A stretch of 40,030 bases of DNA from NCBI GenBank assembly GCA_035253505.1, contig DATFCC010000021.1, positions 1 through 40,030 of the forward strand. The letters are read 5' to 3'. The notes beneath the pieces are model-generated. The model saw only the letters and a program-made list of their open reading frames with translations, had not been told where the DNA came from and did not search any database. Shown piece by piece: positions 24,401 through 32,524 of this stretch (the first letter of the stretch is position 1; every line of letters starts with the position of its first letter). This DNA comes from Hyphomicrobiaceae bacterium. GTDB lineage: Bacteria > Pseudomonadota > Alphaproteobacteria > Rhizobiales > Hyphomicrobiaceae. The position numbers were made by a program, and so were the translations under genes.

Positions 24401-26263
24401 TTGCAAGTCCGCTCCAGCGATCCGGTCCGCTGCGCCGAGGCCATCGTCGACCGCGTCGGCCACGACCTCGCCATGGCCATGCCGATCGGGGTCGGCAAGC
24501 CCGTCGCTCTCGCCAACGCGCTCTATCGCCTGGCGGAGTCCGACAGGCGAATCCGCCTGCGCATTTTCACCGGCCTGTCACTGATGCGCCCGCGCTATCG
24601 CACCAGCCTCGAGCGCCGCTTCGTGGAACCGCTGCTCGACCGCCTGTTCGCGAGCTATCCCGATCTCGACTACGTCAAGGCCCTGAACAAGGGCGCACTC
24701 CCCGCCAACATCGAGGTGACGGAGTTCTTCCTGCAGGCCGGCGCGTGGCTGTCCAACGCCGCCGTCCAGCGCAGCTACACGAGCCTCAACTACTCGCAGG
24801 TGGCAAGGCATCTGGCGCGCATCGGCACCAACGTCTTCGCCCAGCTCGTCGCACCGCATCCCGCCGGCGAGCCCCGCATCAGCCTGAGCTCCAACACCGA
24901 CGTCACCCTCGACATGCTGCCCTACATCAAGGCACGGCGCGATGCCGGGCGCGCCCCGGCGATCGCCGTCGAAGTCAACGCCAACCTGCCGTACATGCCG
25001 GGCGCCGCCGAGATGGATGCGAACGAATGCGACGTCGTGCTCGACACGGGCTCCCCGCACTACGACCTGTTCGCGCCGCCGAAGGAGCCGGTTGCGCTTT
25101 CCGATTATGCCATGGCGCTCTATGCGGCCACGCTCGTCAGGGACGGCGGCACGCTGCAGATCGGCATCGGCTCGTTCTCCGATGCGCTCGCCCAGGCGCT
25201 AATCCTTCGCCATACGCGCAACAGCGATTTCCGCGCCCTGCTCGCCAAGCTCGGTGCACCGCTCACCGCCGATGCCGAGCTCGGCCCGTTCACCATCGGG
25301 CTCTACGGCTGCACCGAGATGCTGGTCGACGGCTTCCTCGCGCTGATGCGCGCCGGCATCCTGCGCCGTCGCGCGCCGGGGCCCGACGGCCGCGAGGCAA
25401 TCCTCCATGCCGGCTTCTTCGTCGGCAACCAGGCTTTCTATCGCGAGCTGCGCTACATGACCCACGAGCTGCGCGAGCGCATTGCCATGACCGCCATCTC
25501 CTTCACCAACACGCTGGAGGGCGATGCCCTGGGTAAGCGCGCCGGGCGCGCCCACGCACGCTTCGTCAACACCGCCATGGTGTCGACGCTGCTCGGTGCG
25601 GTGTCGTCCGACCAGCTCGAGGATGGCCGTGTCGTCAGCGGCGCCGGCGGCCAGCACGACCTCGTCTCGATGGCGCACGCGCTCGACGGCGCACGCTCCA
25701 TCATCGGCGTGCGGGCGACGCGTCGCGCCGGCCGGCGCACCCGCTCCAACATCGTGTGGCGCTACGCCAACGCGACGGTGCCGCGCCAGCTTCGCGACAT
25801 CGTCGTCACCGAGTACGGCGTCGCCGACCTGCGCGGCAGATCCGACCGCGACGTTGCCGTGGCCATGCTCGCGGTTGCCGACGCGGCCTTCCAGCCCGCG
25901 CTCCTCGCGGCGGCGCAGCGCGCCGGCAAGATCGAGCCAGGGTTCCACCTCCCGCCCGGTGACGGCAATCGCGCGGAGCGCATATCGGCCGCCCTGCAGC
26001 CGGCGCGGCGCGACGGCCTGCTGCCGCCGTTTCCTCTCGGCACAGAGATGACCGAGATCGAGCAGGCGCTCGCCGGCCGGCTGACCTTCCTCAAGTCGGC
26101 CGGCTACGGCGATCTCATCCGCACGCTTTTTGGCGGACTGGCAAAGTCGGCCGATGGGCCGCAAGAGGCGGCGGCCCTGCAGCGTCTCTCCCTCGACAAG
26201 CCGGCGAGCCTCCGCGATCGTGCCCTGCAAGCCCTCGTTCTGGGTGCCCTGCGGCAGGCATAG
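24401..26263 (+). CDS. Acetyl-CoA hydrolase/transferase-family protein
   Basis: ORF 24245..26263(+). The family N-terminus normally begins about 15 aa before the (I/V)xLGLPxGxGKP block. That block is AEAIVDRVGHDLAMAMPIGVGKPVALANALY here. I therefore favour the TTG at 24401, which follows AAGGGGG. The start remains uncertain. Other blocks are GTLQIGIGSFSDA and VSGAGGQHD. Confidence 0.75.
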   Translation: MQVRSSDPVRCAEAIVDRVGHDLAMAMPIGVGKPVALANALYRLAESDRRIRLRIFTGLSLMRPRYRTSLERRFVEPLLDRLFASYPDLDYVKALNKGALPANIEVTEFFLQAGAWLSNAAVQRSYTSLNYSQVARHLARIGTNVFAQLVAPHPAGEPRISLSSNTDVTLDMLPYIKARRDAGRAPAIAVEVNANLPYMPGAAEMDANECDVVLDTGSPHYDLFAPPKEPVALSDYAMALYAATLVRDGGTLQIGIGSFSDALAQALILRHTRNSDFRALLAKLGAPLTADAELGPFTIGLYGCTEMLVDGFLALMRAGILRRRAPGPDGREAILHAGFFVGNQAFYRELRYMTHELRERIAMTAISFTNTLEGDALGKRAGRAHARFVNTAMVSTLLGAVSSDQLEDGRVVSGAGGQHDLVSMAHALDGARSIIGVRATRRAGRRTRSNIVWRYANATVPRQLRDIVVTEYGVADLRGRSDRDVAVAMLAVADAAFQPALLAAAQRAGKIEPGFHLPPGDGNRAERISAALQPARRDGLLPPFPLGTEMTEIEQALAGRLTFLKSAGYGDLIRTLFGGLAKSADGPQEAAALQRLSLDKPASLRDRALQALVLGALRQA

Positions 26264-26333
26264 TCCCGCGATCGAGGTCGCCACCACTGACCGATTGACT
26301 CCGTGCCGCGTTTGCGGCCCATGCTCGACGCCG

Positions 26334-27245
26334 ATGAACTACCGCCACTCCTATCACGCGGGCAATTTCGCCGATGTGCTGAAGCACGCCGTGCTGGCGC
26401 GCGTCATCGCCTACATGAAACAGAAAGAGGCGCCGTTCCGGGTCATCGACACGCACGCCGGTGCCGGCCGCTATGCCCTCACCTCCCCGCAGGCCGAGAA
26501 GACCGGCGAATGGCTCGGCGGCATCGGCCGCATTCTCGGTGCCGGCACCGGGCCGCTGCCGCCGGCGGTCGAGCGCCTGCTCGCGCCCTATCTGGATGCC
26601 GTGCGGCAGGCGAACGGCGGCTCGGACACGCCGCAACGTTATCCAGGCAGCCCCGCCATCGCGCTTTCGCTCCTGCGCCCGCAGGACGCCCTGGTCGCCA
26701 ACGAGCTGCACCCCGAGGAGCGCCGGCTTCTGCAGCAGGCCGTGGGCAGGGACCGCCGCGCCAAGGTCATGGGGCTCGACGCCTGGGTTGCGCTGAAGGC
26801 TCTGCTGCCGCCGAAAGAGCGGCGCGGCGTGATCCTCATCGATCCGCCCTTCGAGGTGCGCGACGAGCTCGCGCGCGTGCAGGAAGGGCTCGCGCAAAGT
26901 CTGCGGCGCTTCGCCGGCGGCGTCTATGTCGTGTGGTATCCCATCAAGGACCCGCGGCCGGTCGCACGCTTCCACGCGGCGCTGAGGAAGCTCGCCGTTC
27001 CCAAGCCTCTCATCGTCGAGCTCATGGTGCAGCCGCCAACGGACGCCGAGCGGCTGAACGGCTGCGGGCTGCTCGTCATCAACGCGCCCTACACGCTGAA
27101 GGATGAGCTGTCCTCTATCCTGCCGGAGCTGAGCCGTCGTCTCGCTGTCGTCGCATCGGCGGGCTCGTTTCGTCTCGAAAGCAGCAATGAAACCGGCATT
27201 CCGCGCGTGTCCGCTGCGAAGCGGCGTACGCGAACCAGCACATGA
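26334..27245 (+). CDS. rlmJ: 23S rRNA (adenine2030-N6)-methyltransferase
   Basis: In-frame ATG at 26334 in ORF 26130..27245. Matching blocks are MNYRHSYHAGNFADVLKH, IDTHAGAGRY, RYPGSPAIA, VILIDPPFE, VVWYPIK and GCGLLVINAPY, which are collinear with E. coli RlmJ. Confidence 0.85.
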   Translation: MNYRHSYHAGNFADVLKHAVLARVIAYMKQKEAPFRVIDTHAGAGRYALTSPQAEKTGEWLGGIGRILGAGTGPLPPAVERLLAPYLDAVRQANGGSDTPQRYPGSPAIALSLLRPQDALVANELHPEERRLLQQAVGRDRRAKVMGLDAWVALKALLPPKERRGVILIDPPFEVRDELARVQEGLAQSLRRFAGGVYVVWYPIKDPRPVARFHAALRKLAVPKPLIVELMVQPPTDAERLNGCGLLVINAPYTLKDELSSILPELSRRLAVVASAGSFRLESSNETGIPRVSAAKRRTRTST

Positions 27246-27489
27246 TTCCGCGGCGCCGATTTGCCTTGCGCCGGGCAGGGCAATCACCGATACTCCGCCG
27301 CAGTTCGGGCGGCCCATCGACCCGGCGGAGACTGCTGAGACTGACCTGAGATGATAAGCGCAGACGCGTCACAGTTCTCTTGCGCCTCACCTTCCCCGAC
27401 ATCGGACGAGACTGCCTAACAGCCACCCGCGCCGGCTTCGCGAGCTGACGCGACACCTGTATTTTTTACCGGGGACATGGAGACCTCGT
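27246..27489 (+). promoter_or_regulatory. Promoter plus long 5' leader of the cold-shock gene
   Basis: About 240 bp of non-coding sequence precedes cspA, with a GGAGAC SD at about 27479. Long structured leaders are typical of cspA-type mRNAs. No structure was computed here. Confidence 0.4.
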
Positions 27490-27705
27490 ATGCGGCAGAC
27501 CGGAACTGTAAAGTTCTTCAACCAGACAAAAGGTTTCGGCTTCATCACGCCGGACCAGGGAGGCAAGGACGTTTTCGTCCACATCACCGCTGTCGAGCGT
27601 TCCAACATCGGCGCCCTCGATGAGGGCATGCGCGTCTCCTTCGAGACCGAGCCGGACAAGCGCGGCAAGGGTCCGAAGGCGGTGAACCTCCAGCTCGCGA
27701 GCTGA
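27490..27705 (+). CDS. cspA: Cold-shock domain protein
   Basis: ORF 27490..27705(+). MRQTGTVKFFNQTKGFGFITPDQGGKDVFVHITAV contains the RNP1 (KGFGFI) and RNP2 (VFVH) motifs. Confidence 0.95.
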   Translation: MRQTGTVKFFNQTKGFGFITPDQGGKDVFVHITAVERSNIGALDEGMRVSFETEPDKRGKGPKAVNLQLAS

Positions 27706-27711
27706 GGCGGT

Positions 27712-27761
27712 CCCGGCGCCCCGTCACCTGTCAGCCACGGCGCCGGGGAAATCGGTTTTTT
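27712..27761 (+). terminator. Rho-independent terminator of cspA
   Basis: CCCGGCGCC...GGCGCCGGG stem followed by gaaatcggTTTTTTG. Confidence 0.7.
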
Positions 27762-27860
27762 GCCTCAAAAAAGTACCGGAACACTGAGTGTGCAGGACAG
27801 CGATCTCGGGCAAGGTTGCCCGGTTCGCTGTCTTTGTTTTTTCGAGGGGAGCAGAAGGCA

Positions 27861-28172
27861 ATGCGCAACTTCAAGCGTTTGACGGCGCCGGCACTCGTGT
27901 TTGCGGCAGCGCTGCTGGCCGCCGGAGCGGCGCAGGCGGAATGCGTCAACAAGGGTGGCAGGGGCACCGGGGGCACGCGCGACTCGGCCATGTTCCAGGC
28001 CTGGGAAGCGGTCCTGCAGGCGACCTCGTGGGGCTCATGGGCGCAGTTCATGGGGTCGGGCATGCGCATCGGCTCGGCGCCGGGATACCGCGTCAGCAAC
28101 ATGCGCTCGCGCTGCAAGCCGGGCGGCATGCTCGGCACCGAGTGCGTGATCACCGCCAGGCTGTGCACCTAG
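27861..28172 (+). CDS. Small secreted protein with four cysteines, unknown family
   Basis: The ATG at 27861 lies in ORF 27816..28172. The signal peptide is MRNFKRLTAPALVFAAALLAAGAAQA. The mature part is ECVNKGGRGTGG...RSRCKPGGMLGTECVITARLCT. Good GC3 bias. Confidence 0.6.
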   Translation: MRNFKRLTAPALVFAAALLAAGAAQAECVNKGGRGTGGTRDSAMFQAWEAVLQATSWGSWAQFMGSGMRIGSAPGYRVSNMRSRCKPGGMLGTECVITARLCT

Positions 28173-28339
28173 CCGGTCCGCAAGCGCGCGCACCTGCAGT
28201 TGAGACAAGCAACGCCGCCGGGGCAACGCGCCCCGGCCGCCGCTCGTGAGGGCTGCCCCAGCGCGTCCATCGCGATCGGCCCTTGACGCTGCGCATGGCT
28301 TCGCCGACATCTCGGGCGAACCCGCGCGCGAGGCCGCCG

Positions 28340-28843
28340 ATGACGCAAGCGCAGACCTCACGCAAAGCCGTCCTCGCTGGTGGCTGCCAGTGTGGCGCGG
28401 TTCGCTTCGCCGCGTACGCGGAGCCGATCAGGATCGGCATCTGCCACTGCCGCATGTGCCAGAAGGCGGTCGCCGGGCCGTTCGCGGTGCTCGCCGAGGT
28501 GGCATGGCGCAATTTCGCCTGGACCCGCGGGACGCCGTCGGCATTCCGATCGTCCTCCCGCGCCGTGCGCGATTTCTGCGCCGCGTGCGGCACGCCGCTC
28601 AGCTACCGCAAGCCCGACGGCGCCATCATCGAGCTCCTGAGCGGCGCCTTCGACGAGCCGCAGCGCGTTGCACCCACCTATGCCACCGGCACCGAGTCCA
28701 AGCTTGCCTGGCTCGCGCAACTGGACGGCTTGCCGGGCAAGTCGACCGCGGACAACGTCGGCGCCGCGACGGCCGCGCAGATCGTCAGCTACCAGCACCC
28801 CGACCATGACACGGATGCCGGCTGGTCCCCGCCGCGACCGTGA
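28340..28843 (+). CDS. GFA-family (CENP-V/glutathione-dependent formaldehyde-activating-like) zinc-binding protein
   Basis: The ATG at 28340 lies in ORF 28283..28843. The Cys pattern is CQCG...CHCRMCQK...CAACGT, typical of the GFA domain. Confidence 0.8.
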   Translation: MTQAQTSRKAVLAGGCQCGAVRFAAYAEPIRIGICHCRMCQKAVAGPFAVLAEVAWRNFAWTRGTPSAFRSSSRAVRDFCAACGTPLSYRKPDGAIIELLSGAFDEPQRVAPTYATGTESKLAWLAQLDGLPGKSTADNVGAATAAQIVSYQHPDHDTDAGWSPPRP

Positions 28844-29012
28844 GCGATATCACTGGGCGCACGGCTCGCTGATCCACCGGTGCACGGGATCGTCGCCGGC
28901 GCTCGATGCCACGCGATCGTGCCGGCAACCGCATTAACCCTGCTCGCGCCAATCCCCGCCCTCGCGCAGCGTGCCACCATGCGTCCGTTCACCCACAGCA
29001 ACAGTGCGGCGC

Positions 29013-30827
29013 ATGGACACCAGCCCGAACCTCGCTCTTCCCTACCTCGCCGCCGCGCAGGCGCAGAAGCACGTCACGCACAACGAGGCGCTGCGCGTGC
29101 TCGACGCCGTCGTGCAGCTTGGCGTTCTCGACAAGGACCTGGCGACGCCTCCCGGCTCGCCTGCCGAGGGCGATCGCTACATCGTGGCGGCAAGCCCCAC
29201 GGGGGCGTGGGCCGGTCATGCCGGCAGCATTGCTGCCTGGCAGGATGGCGCCTGGGCATTCCACGCACCGCGCGCGGGCTGGCTGGCCTGGGTCGCCGAC
29301 GAGGACAAGCTCTATGCCCATTCGGGCACGGCGTGGGCCGAATTCACCAGCCCGGGCGCTGGCGCGCCGGTGTGGGGCGTCAACACGACGGCCGATACGA
29401 CCGACCGCCTCGCCGTGAAAAGCATCTCCAGCCTGTTCGACAATGTCGGCAGCGGCCATCGTCAGAAGGTCAACAAGGCCGCCGCCGGCGACACCGCCAG
29501 CACGCTCTACCAGACCGCCTCCTCCGGCCGCGCCGAGCTCGGCCTCACCGGTGACGACGACTTCCACGTCAAGGTCAGCGCCGACGGCTCGGCCTGGACC
29601 GAGGCGCTTGCCATCGACCGCGCGTCAGGTGCCGTCGACGTGAAGGGGTCGCTGCGTGCCCAGGATCATCTCGTCGGCACGCAAGCCACCGGCCCGCGCG
29701 TCGTCGCCGTGGGTGATTCGCTGACGCTGGGCACCGGCGCCAGCGCGCCCTACACGTCGCTCATCACCTATCCTACCTGGAACGGGCAAACATTCTCGGT
29801 CAGCAACATCGGCGTCGCCGGCCGCTTCCTGCGCGATATGGCGCGCCTCGCCTACACGAACCTCAATCCCCTGTTCGCCAACGAAAGCGGCCTGAACGTC
29901 GCTGTCGTGTGGGGCGGCATCAACGACCTGGCGAGCCTCGGCGCCACCCCGGAGGACACCTATTCGCGCCTGCGTGCGTTCTGCGGCCGCCTGCGCTCGC
30001 TCGGCTGGCGCGTCGTTGTCTGCACTCTCGTCTCGCGCGTCGCCTTCGACACGGAGCGCGCCACCTTCAACGGCTACGTCAGGGGCAACTGGCCGCTGTT
30101 TGCGGATGCGCTGGCCGATCTCGGCGCCAACGCCAGCATCGGCGCCGCCGGCGCCTACGCCAATGCCACCTACTTCCAAGGCGACGGCATCCATCTCACC
30201 GACGCGGGCCTCGCCATCGTCGCCGGGCTCGTGCAGACTGAGCTGACGACGCTGGCGCAGGGAACGCCGAACTGGTTTGCCCCGTTCGGCAACGTCGGCA
30301 TCGGCACCAGCGCGCCCAGCGTGGCGCTGCACGTCAGGAAGGCGGGCTTTCCGGCGGTACGGGCCGAATCGACGGACAACACGACCTCCTCCGCCGCTGC
30401 TCTGACCGCCGCCGCCGATTGGGGCCAGGTGCAGTTCGCCGGCCATTGCAGCGCGCGCACCGTCTCCCGGTTCGGCGTCACGCTCGGCGGATGGGCGGAG
30501 ATGCTGGTCCAGAACGCCGCCGGTTCCACCAGTGGGCTGATCATCGGCGTGCAGCCCGCCGCACCGGTGATCTTCGGCACCAACAATGCGGAGCGTGCGC
30601 GCATCGATGCATCCGGCAACTGCGGCATCGGCACCGCGTCGCCCGCCGTGCTCCTCGACGTGAACGGGCCCGTGCGTGTCAAGTCCTATACCGTTGCCAC
30701 GCTCCCCAGCGCCGCTGCCGCGGCCGGCCAGATCATCCATGTCTCCGACGAGTCGGGCGGCGCCGTGCTCGCCTTCAGCGACGGCACGAGCTGGCGCCGC
30801 GTCACGGACCGCGCTGTCGTCTCCTGA
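29013..30827 (+). CDS. Phage/GTA tail-fibre-like protein with three parts: a DUF2793-like N-terminus, a central SGNH/GDSL hydrolase domain and C-terminal fibre repeats
   Basis: The ATG at 29013 lies in ORF 28971..30827. The N-terminus is MDTSPNLALPYLAAAQAQKHVTHNEALRVLD...GDRYIV...WAGHAGSIAAWQDGAWAFHAPRAGWLAWVADEDKLYAHSGTAWAEF. The SGNH blocks are VVAVGDSLTLGTG, VVWGGINDL and GDGIHLTDAG. The C-terminal repeats are FGNVGIGTSAPSVALHV and SGNCGIGTASPAVLLDV. The protein ends in GQIIHVSDESGGAVLAFSDGTSWRRV. Confidence 0.8.
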   Translation: MDTSPNLALPYLAAAQAQKHVTHNEALRVLDAVVQLGVLDKDLATPPGSPAEGDRYIVAASPTGAWAGHAGSIAAWQDGAWAFHAPRAGWLAWVADEDKLYAHSGTAWAEFTSPGAGAPVWGVNTTADTTDRLAVKSISSLFDNVGSGHRQKVNKAAAGDTASTLYQTASSGRAELGLTGDDDFHVKVSADGSAWTEALAIDRASGAVDVKGSLRAQDHLVGTQATGPRVVAVGDSLTLGTGASAPYTSLITYPTWNGQTFSVSNIGVAGRFLRDMARLAYTNLNPLFANESGLNVAVVWGGINDLASLGATPEDTYSRLRAFCGRLRSLGWRVVVCTLVSRVAFDTERATFNGYVRGNWPLFADALADLGANASIGAAGAYANATYFQGDGIHLTDAGLAIVAGLVQTELTTLAQGTPNWFAPFGNVGIGTSAPSVALHVRKAGFPAVRAESTDNTTSSAAALTAAADWGQVQFAGHCSARTVSRFGVTLGGWAEMLVQNAAGSTSGLIIGVQPAAPVIFGTNNAERARIDASGNCGIGTASPAVLLDVNGPVRVKSYTVATLPSAAAAAGQIIHVSDESGGAVLAFSDGTSWRRVTDRAVVS

Positions 30828-30855
30828 CCCCATGTCCCGGCACGTCCCACGCTAC

Positions 30856-30895
30856 GTCATCCCCGCGCAGGCGTCGCGCACGCGGGGATCCACGC
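30856..30895 (+). repeat. Half-copy of REP-like family A
   Basis: GTCATCCCCGCGcaggcgtcgcgcaCGCGGGGATCCACGC. It has the same GTCAT-hairpin-ATCCACGC layout as the left halves at 7236 and 8421. Confidence 0.55.
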
Positions 30896-31016
30896 AAGTC
30901 GCGGCAATCACGCGCCTGGTCGCTGGCGTATCCTGCCGCCGCTAACCATACGCAGCGTGAGCGGAACGATTTGGCTGGGCTCGGCATTGTGCCTTCCGAG
31001 AAACGCGGAGGCTCCA

Positions 31017-31175
31017 ATGTCCACCATTCTGCTGATCATCCTGATCCTGGTTCTGTTGGGCGCGTTGCCGTCCTGGCCCTACAGCCGCGGTTGGGGCTAC
31101 GGCCCGTCCGGTCTCGTCGGCGTCGTGCTAGTCGTCGTGCTCATCATGGCTCTGATGAATCGCACGCCCATCTGA
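31017..31175 (+). CDS. DUF3309-family small membrane protein
   Basis: The ATG at 31017 follows GGAGG and lies in ORF 30957..31175. It encodes MSTILLIILILVLLGALPSWPYSRGWGYGPSGLVGVVLVVVLIMALM. Confidence 0.7.
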   Translation: MSTILLIILILVLLGALPSWPYSRGWGYGPSGLVGVVLVVVLIMALMNRTPI

Positions 31176-31203
31176 CGCGCAACCCATCGCGCCGGCCGCC
31201 GGA

Positions 31204-32436
31204 TCAACCCCCGAGCAGGTCGGCAAGCGCACACGCGACCACCACCGTCGCGCGCTTGAGGTCGTCGAGCACCAGGTTCTCGTCGGCCCGCTTGGCGTTG
31301 GCCTCCAGGATGGTGCGCGGCCCCGCGCCGTAGAGCACAATCGGCACGCCCGCTTCGGCATAGAGTCGCGCATCCGTGTAGAGCGGCGTGCCCGTCGCCG
31401 GAACCGGCTCGCCGAACACCGCCTCGGCGCGGCGTCGGATGATGTCCGCCAGGCGCGCCTGGCCCGGCAACGGCGCCAGGGCGTGCGCCAGCAGCAGACG
31501 CCGCATCTCGACGGCGATGCCAGGCAACCCCCTGACCGCGCCGCGGATGACGGCCTTGAGCCGCCTCTCCACCCCGGACGGCTCCTCCTCGGGAATCATG
31601 CGCCGGTCCAGGCGGAACGCAACGCGCTCGGGCACGACGTTGGTGTTGATGCCGCCTTCGATGCGCCCGATGGTCAGCGTCGGGCTGCCGATGCCAGGTA
31701 CTTTCGACCTCATGGACGCGTATTGCGCCCGCTCGACGTAGAGCGCATCGAGAAGGCGCACCGACGCCTGCAGCGCATCGTGCCCTGTCTCCGGCATCGC
31801 CGCGTGGGCCGCCTTGCCGGTCACCGTCACCTCGAGCTGCAGGCAGCCGTTGTGCGCGGTGACAACCGCATAGGAAAATCCGGCGCCGATGGCGAAATCG
31901 GGCCTGGTGGCGCCCGTGCCCAGCAGGTAGCCCGGCCCGAGCAGCCCGCCGAACTCCTCATCGTACGTGAAATGCAGCTCCACGGTGCCCGCCAGCGGCC
32001 GCCCGAGGGCTTCCAGCGCCCGCAACGCAAAGGTGTAGGTGGCGAAATCCGACTTCGATACCGCCACGCCGCGCCCGTACATGCGCCCCCTGGCGATCAC
32101 GCCTTCGTAGGGTGGCGTCGTCCACCCTTCGCCCGGCGGCACCACATCGCCGTGCGCATTGAGGGCGATGGTGGGGCCGGCCCCGAAGCGCCGCCGCACG
32201 ATCAGGTTGGTGAGCGAGGTGAGCCCGGCCGCGCGCACACGCCGCGCCGGCACCGGATGCCGCTCGACCGCGTAGCCCATGCCTTCGAGCAGGGTGGCGG
32301 TGCGCTCGGCGTGAGGTGCATTGTCGCCCGGCGGGGTGTCGGTCGGCACACGCACCAGCTCGCGCAGGAACGCCACCTCGTCTGCGAAGCGCGCCTCCAC
32401 CAGCCTGGCGATCTGCTGCTGCGCGACGCGCGCCAT
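31204..32436 (-). CDS. M20-family metallopeptidase/deacylase (ArgE/DapE-like)
   Basis: ORF 31204..32436(-). Matching blocks are LNAHGDVVPPGEGWTTPPYEG, MYGRGVAVSKSDF and HFTYDEEFGG. Confidence 0.85.
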   Translation of the reverse strand: MARVAQQQIARLVEARFADEVAFLRELVRVPTDTPPGDNAPHAERTATLLEGMGYAVERHPVPARRVRAAGLTSLTNLIVRRRFGAGPTIALNAHGDVVPPGEGWTTPPYEGVIARGRMYGRGVAVSKSDFATYTFALRALEALGRPLAGTVELHFTYDEEFGGLLGPGYLLGTGATRPDFAIGAGFSYAVVTAHNGCLQLEVTVTGKAAHAAMPETGHDALQASVRLLDALYVERAQYASMRSKVPGIGSPTLTIGRIEGGINTNVVPERVAFRLDRRMIPEEEPSGVERRLKAVIRGAVRGLPGIAVEMRRLLLAHALAPLPGQARLADIIRRRAEAVFGEPVPATGTPLYTDARLYAEAGVPIVLYGAGPRTILEANAKRADENLVLDDLKRATVVVACALADLLGG

Positions 32437-32524
32437 GTCAGCCCGCGACCGCGAAGCGCGCGTCTTTGCAGTGCGCGGCTGACACCTGCCGTTCGCTCAT
32501 GCCTTCGTGCTGTTCGAGCAGCCG

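Noticed and set aside
28934-28939. CtrA-type half-sites: TTAACC about 75 bp upstream of the tail-fibre-like gene, and CTAACCAT at 30943..30950
   Set aside because: These are single half-sites only, with no TTAA-N7-TTAA full box. Such short matches are expected by chance, so they are not reported as regulatory sites.
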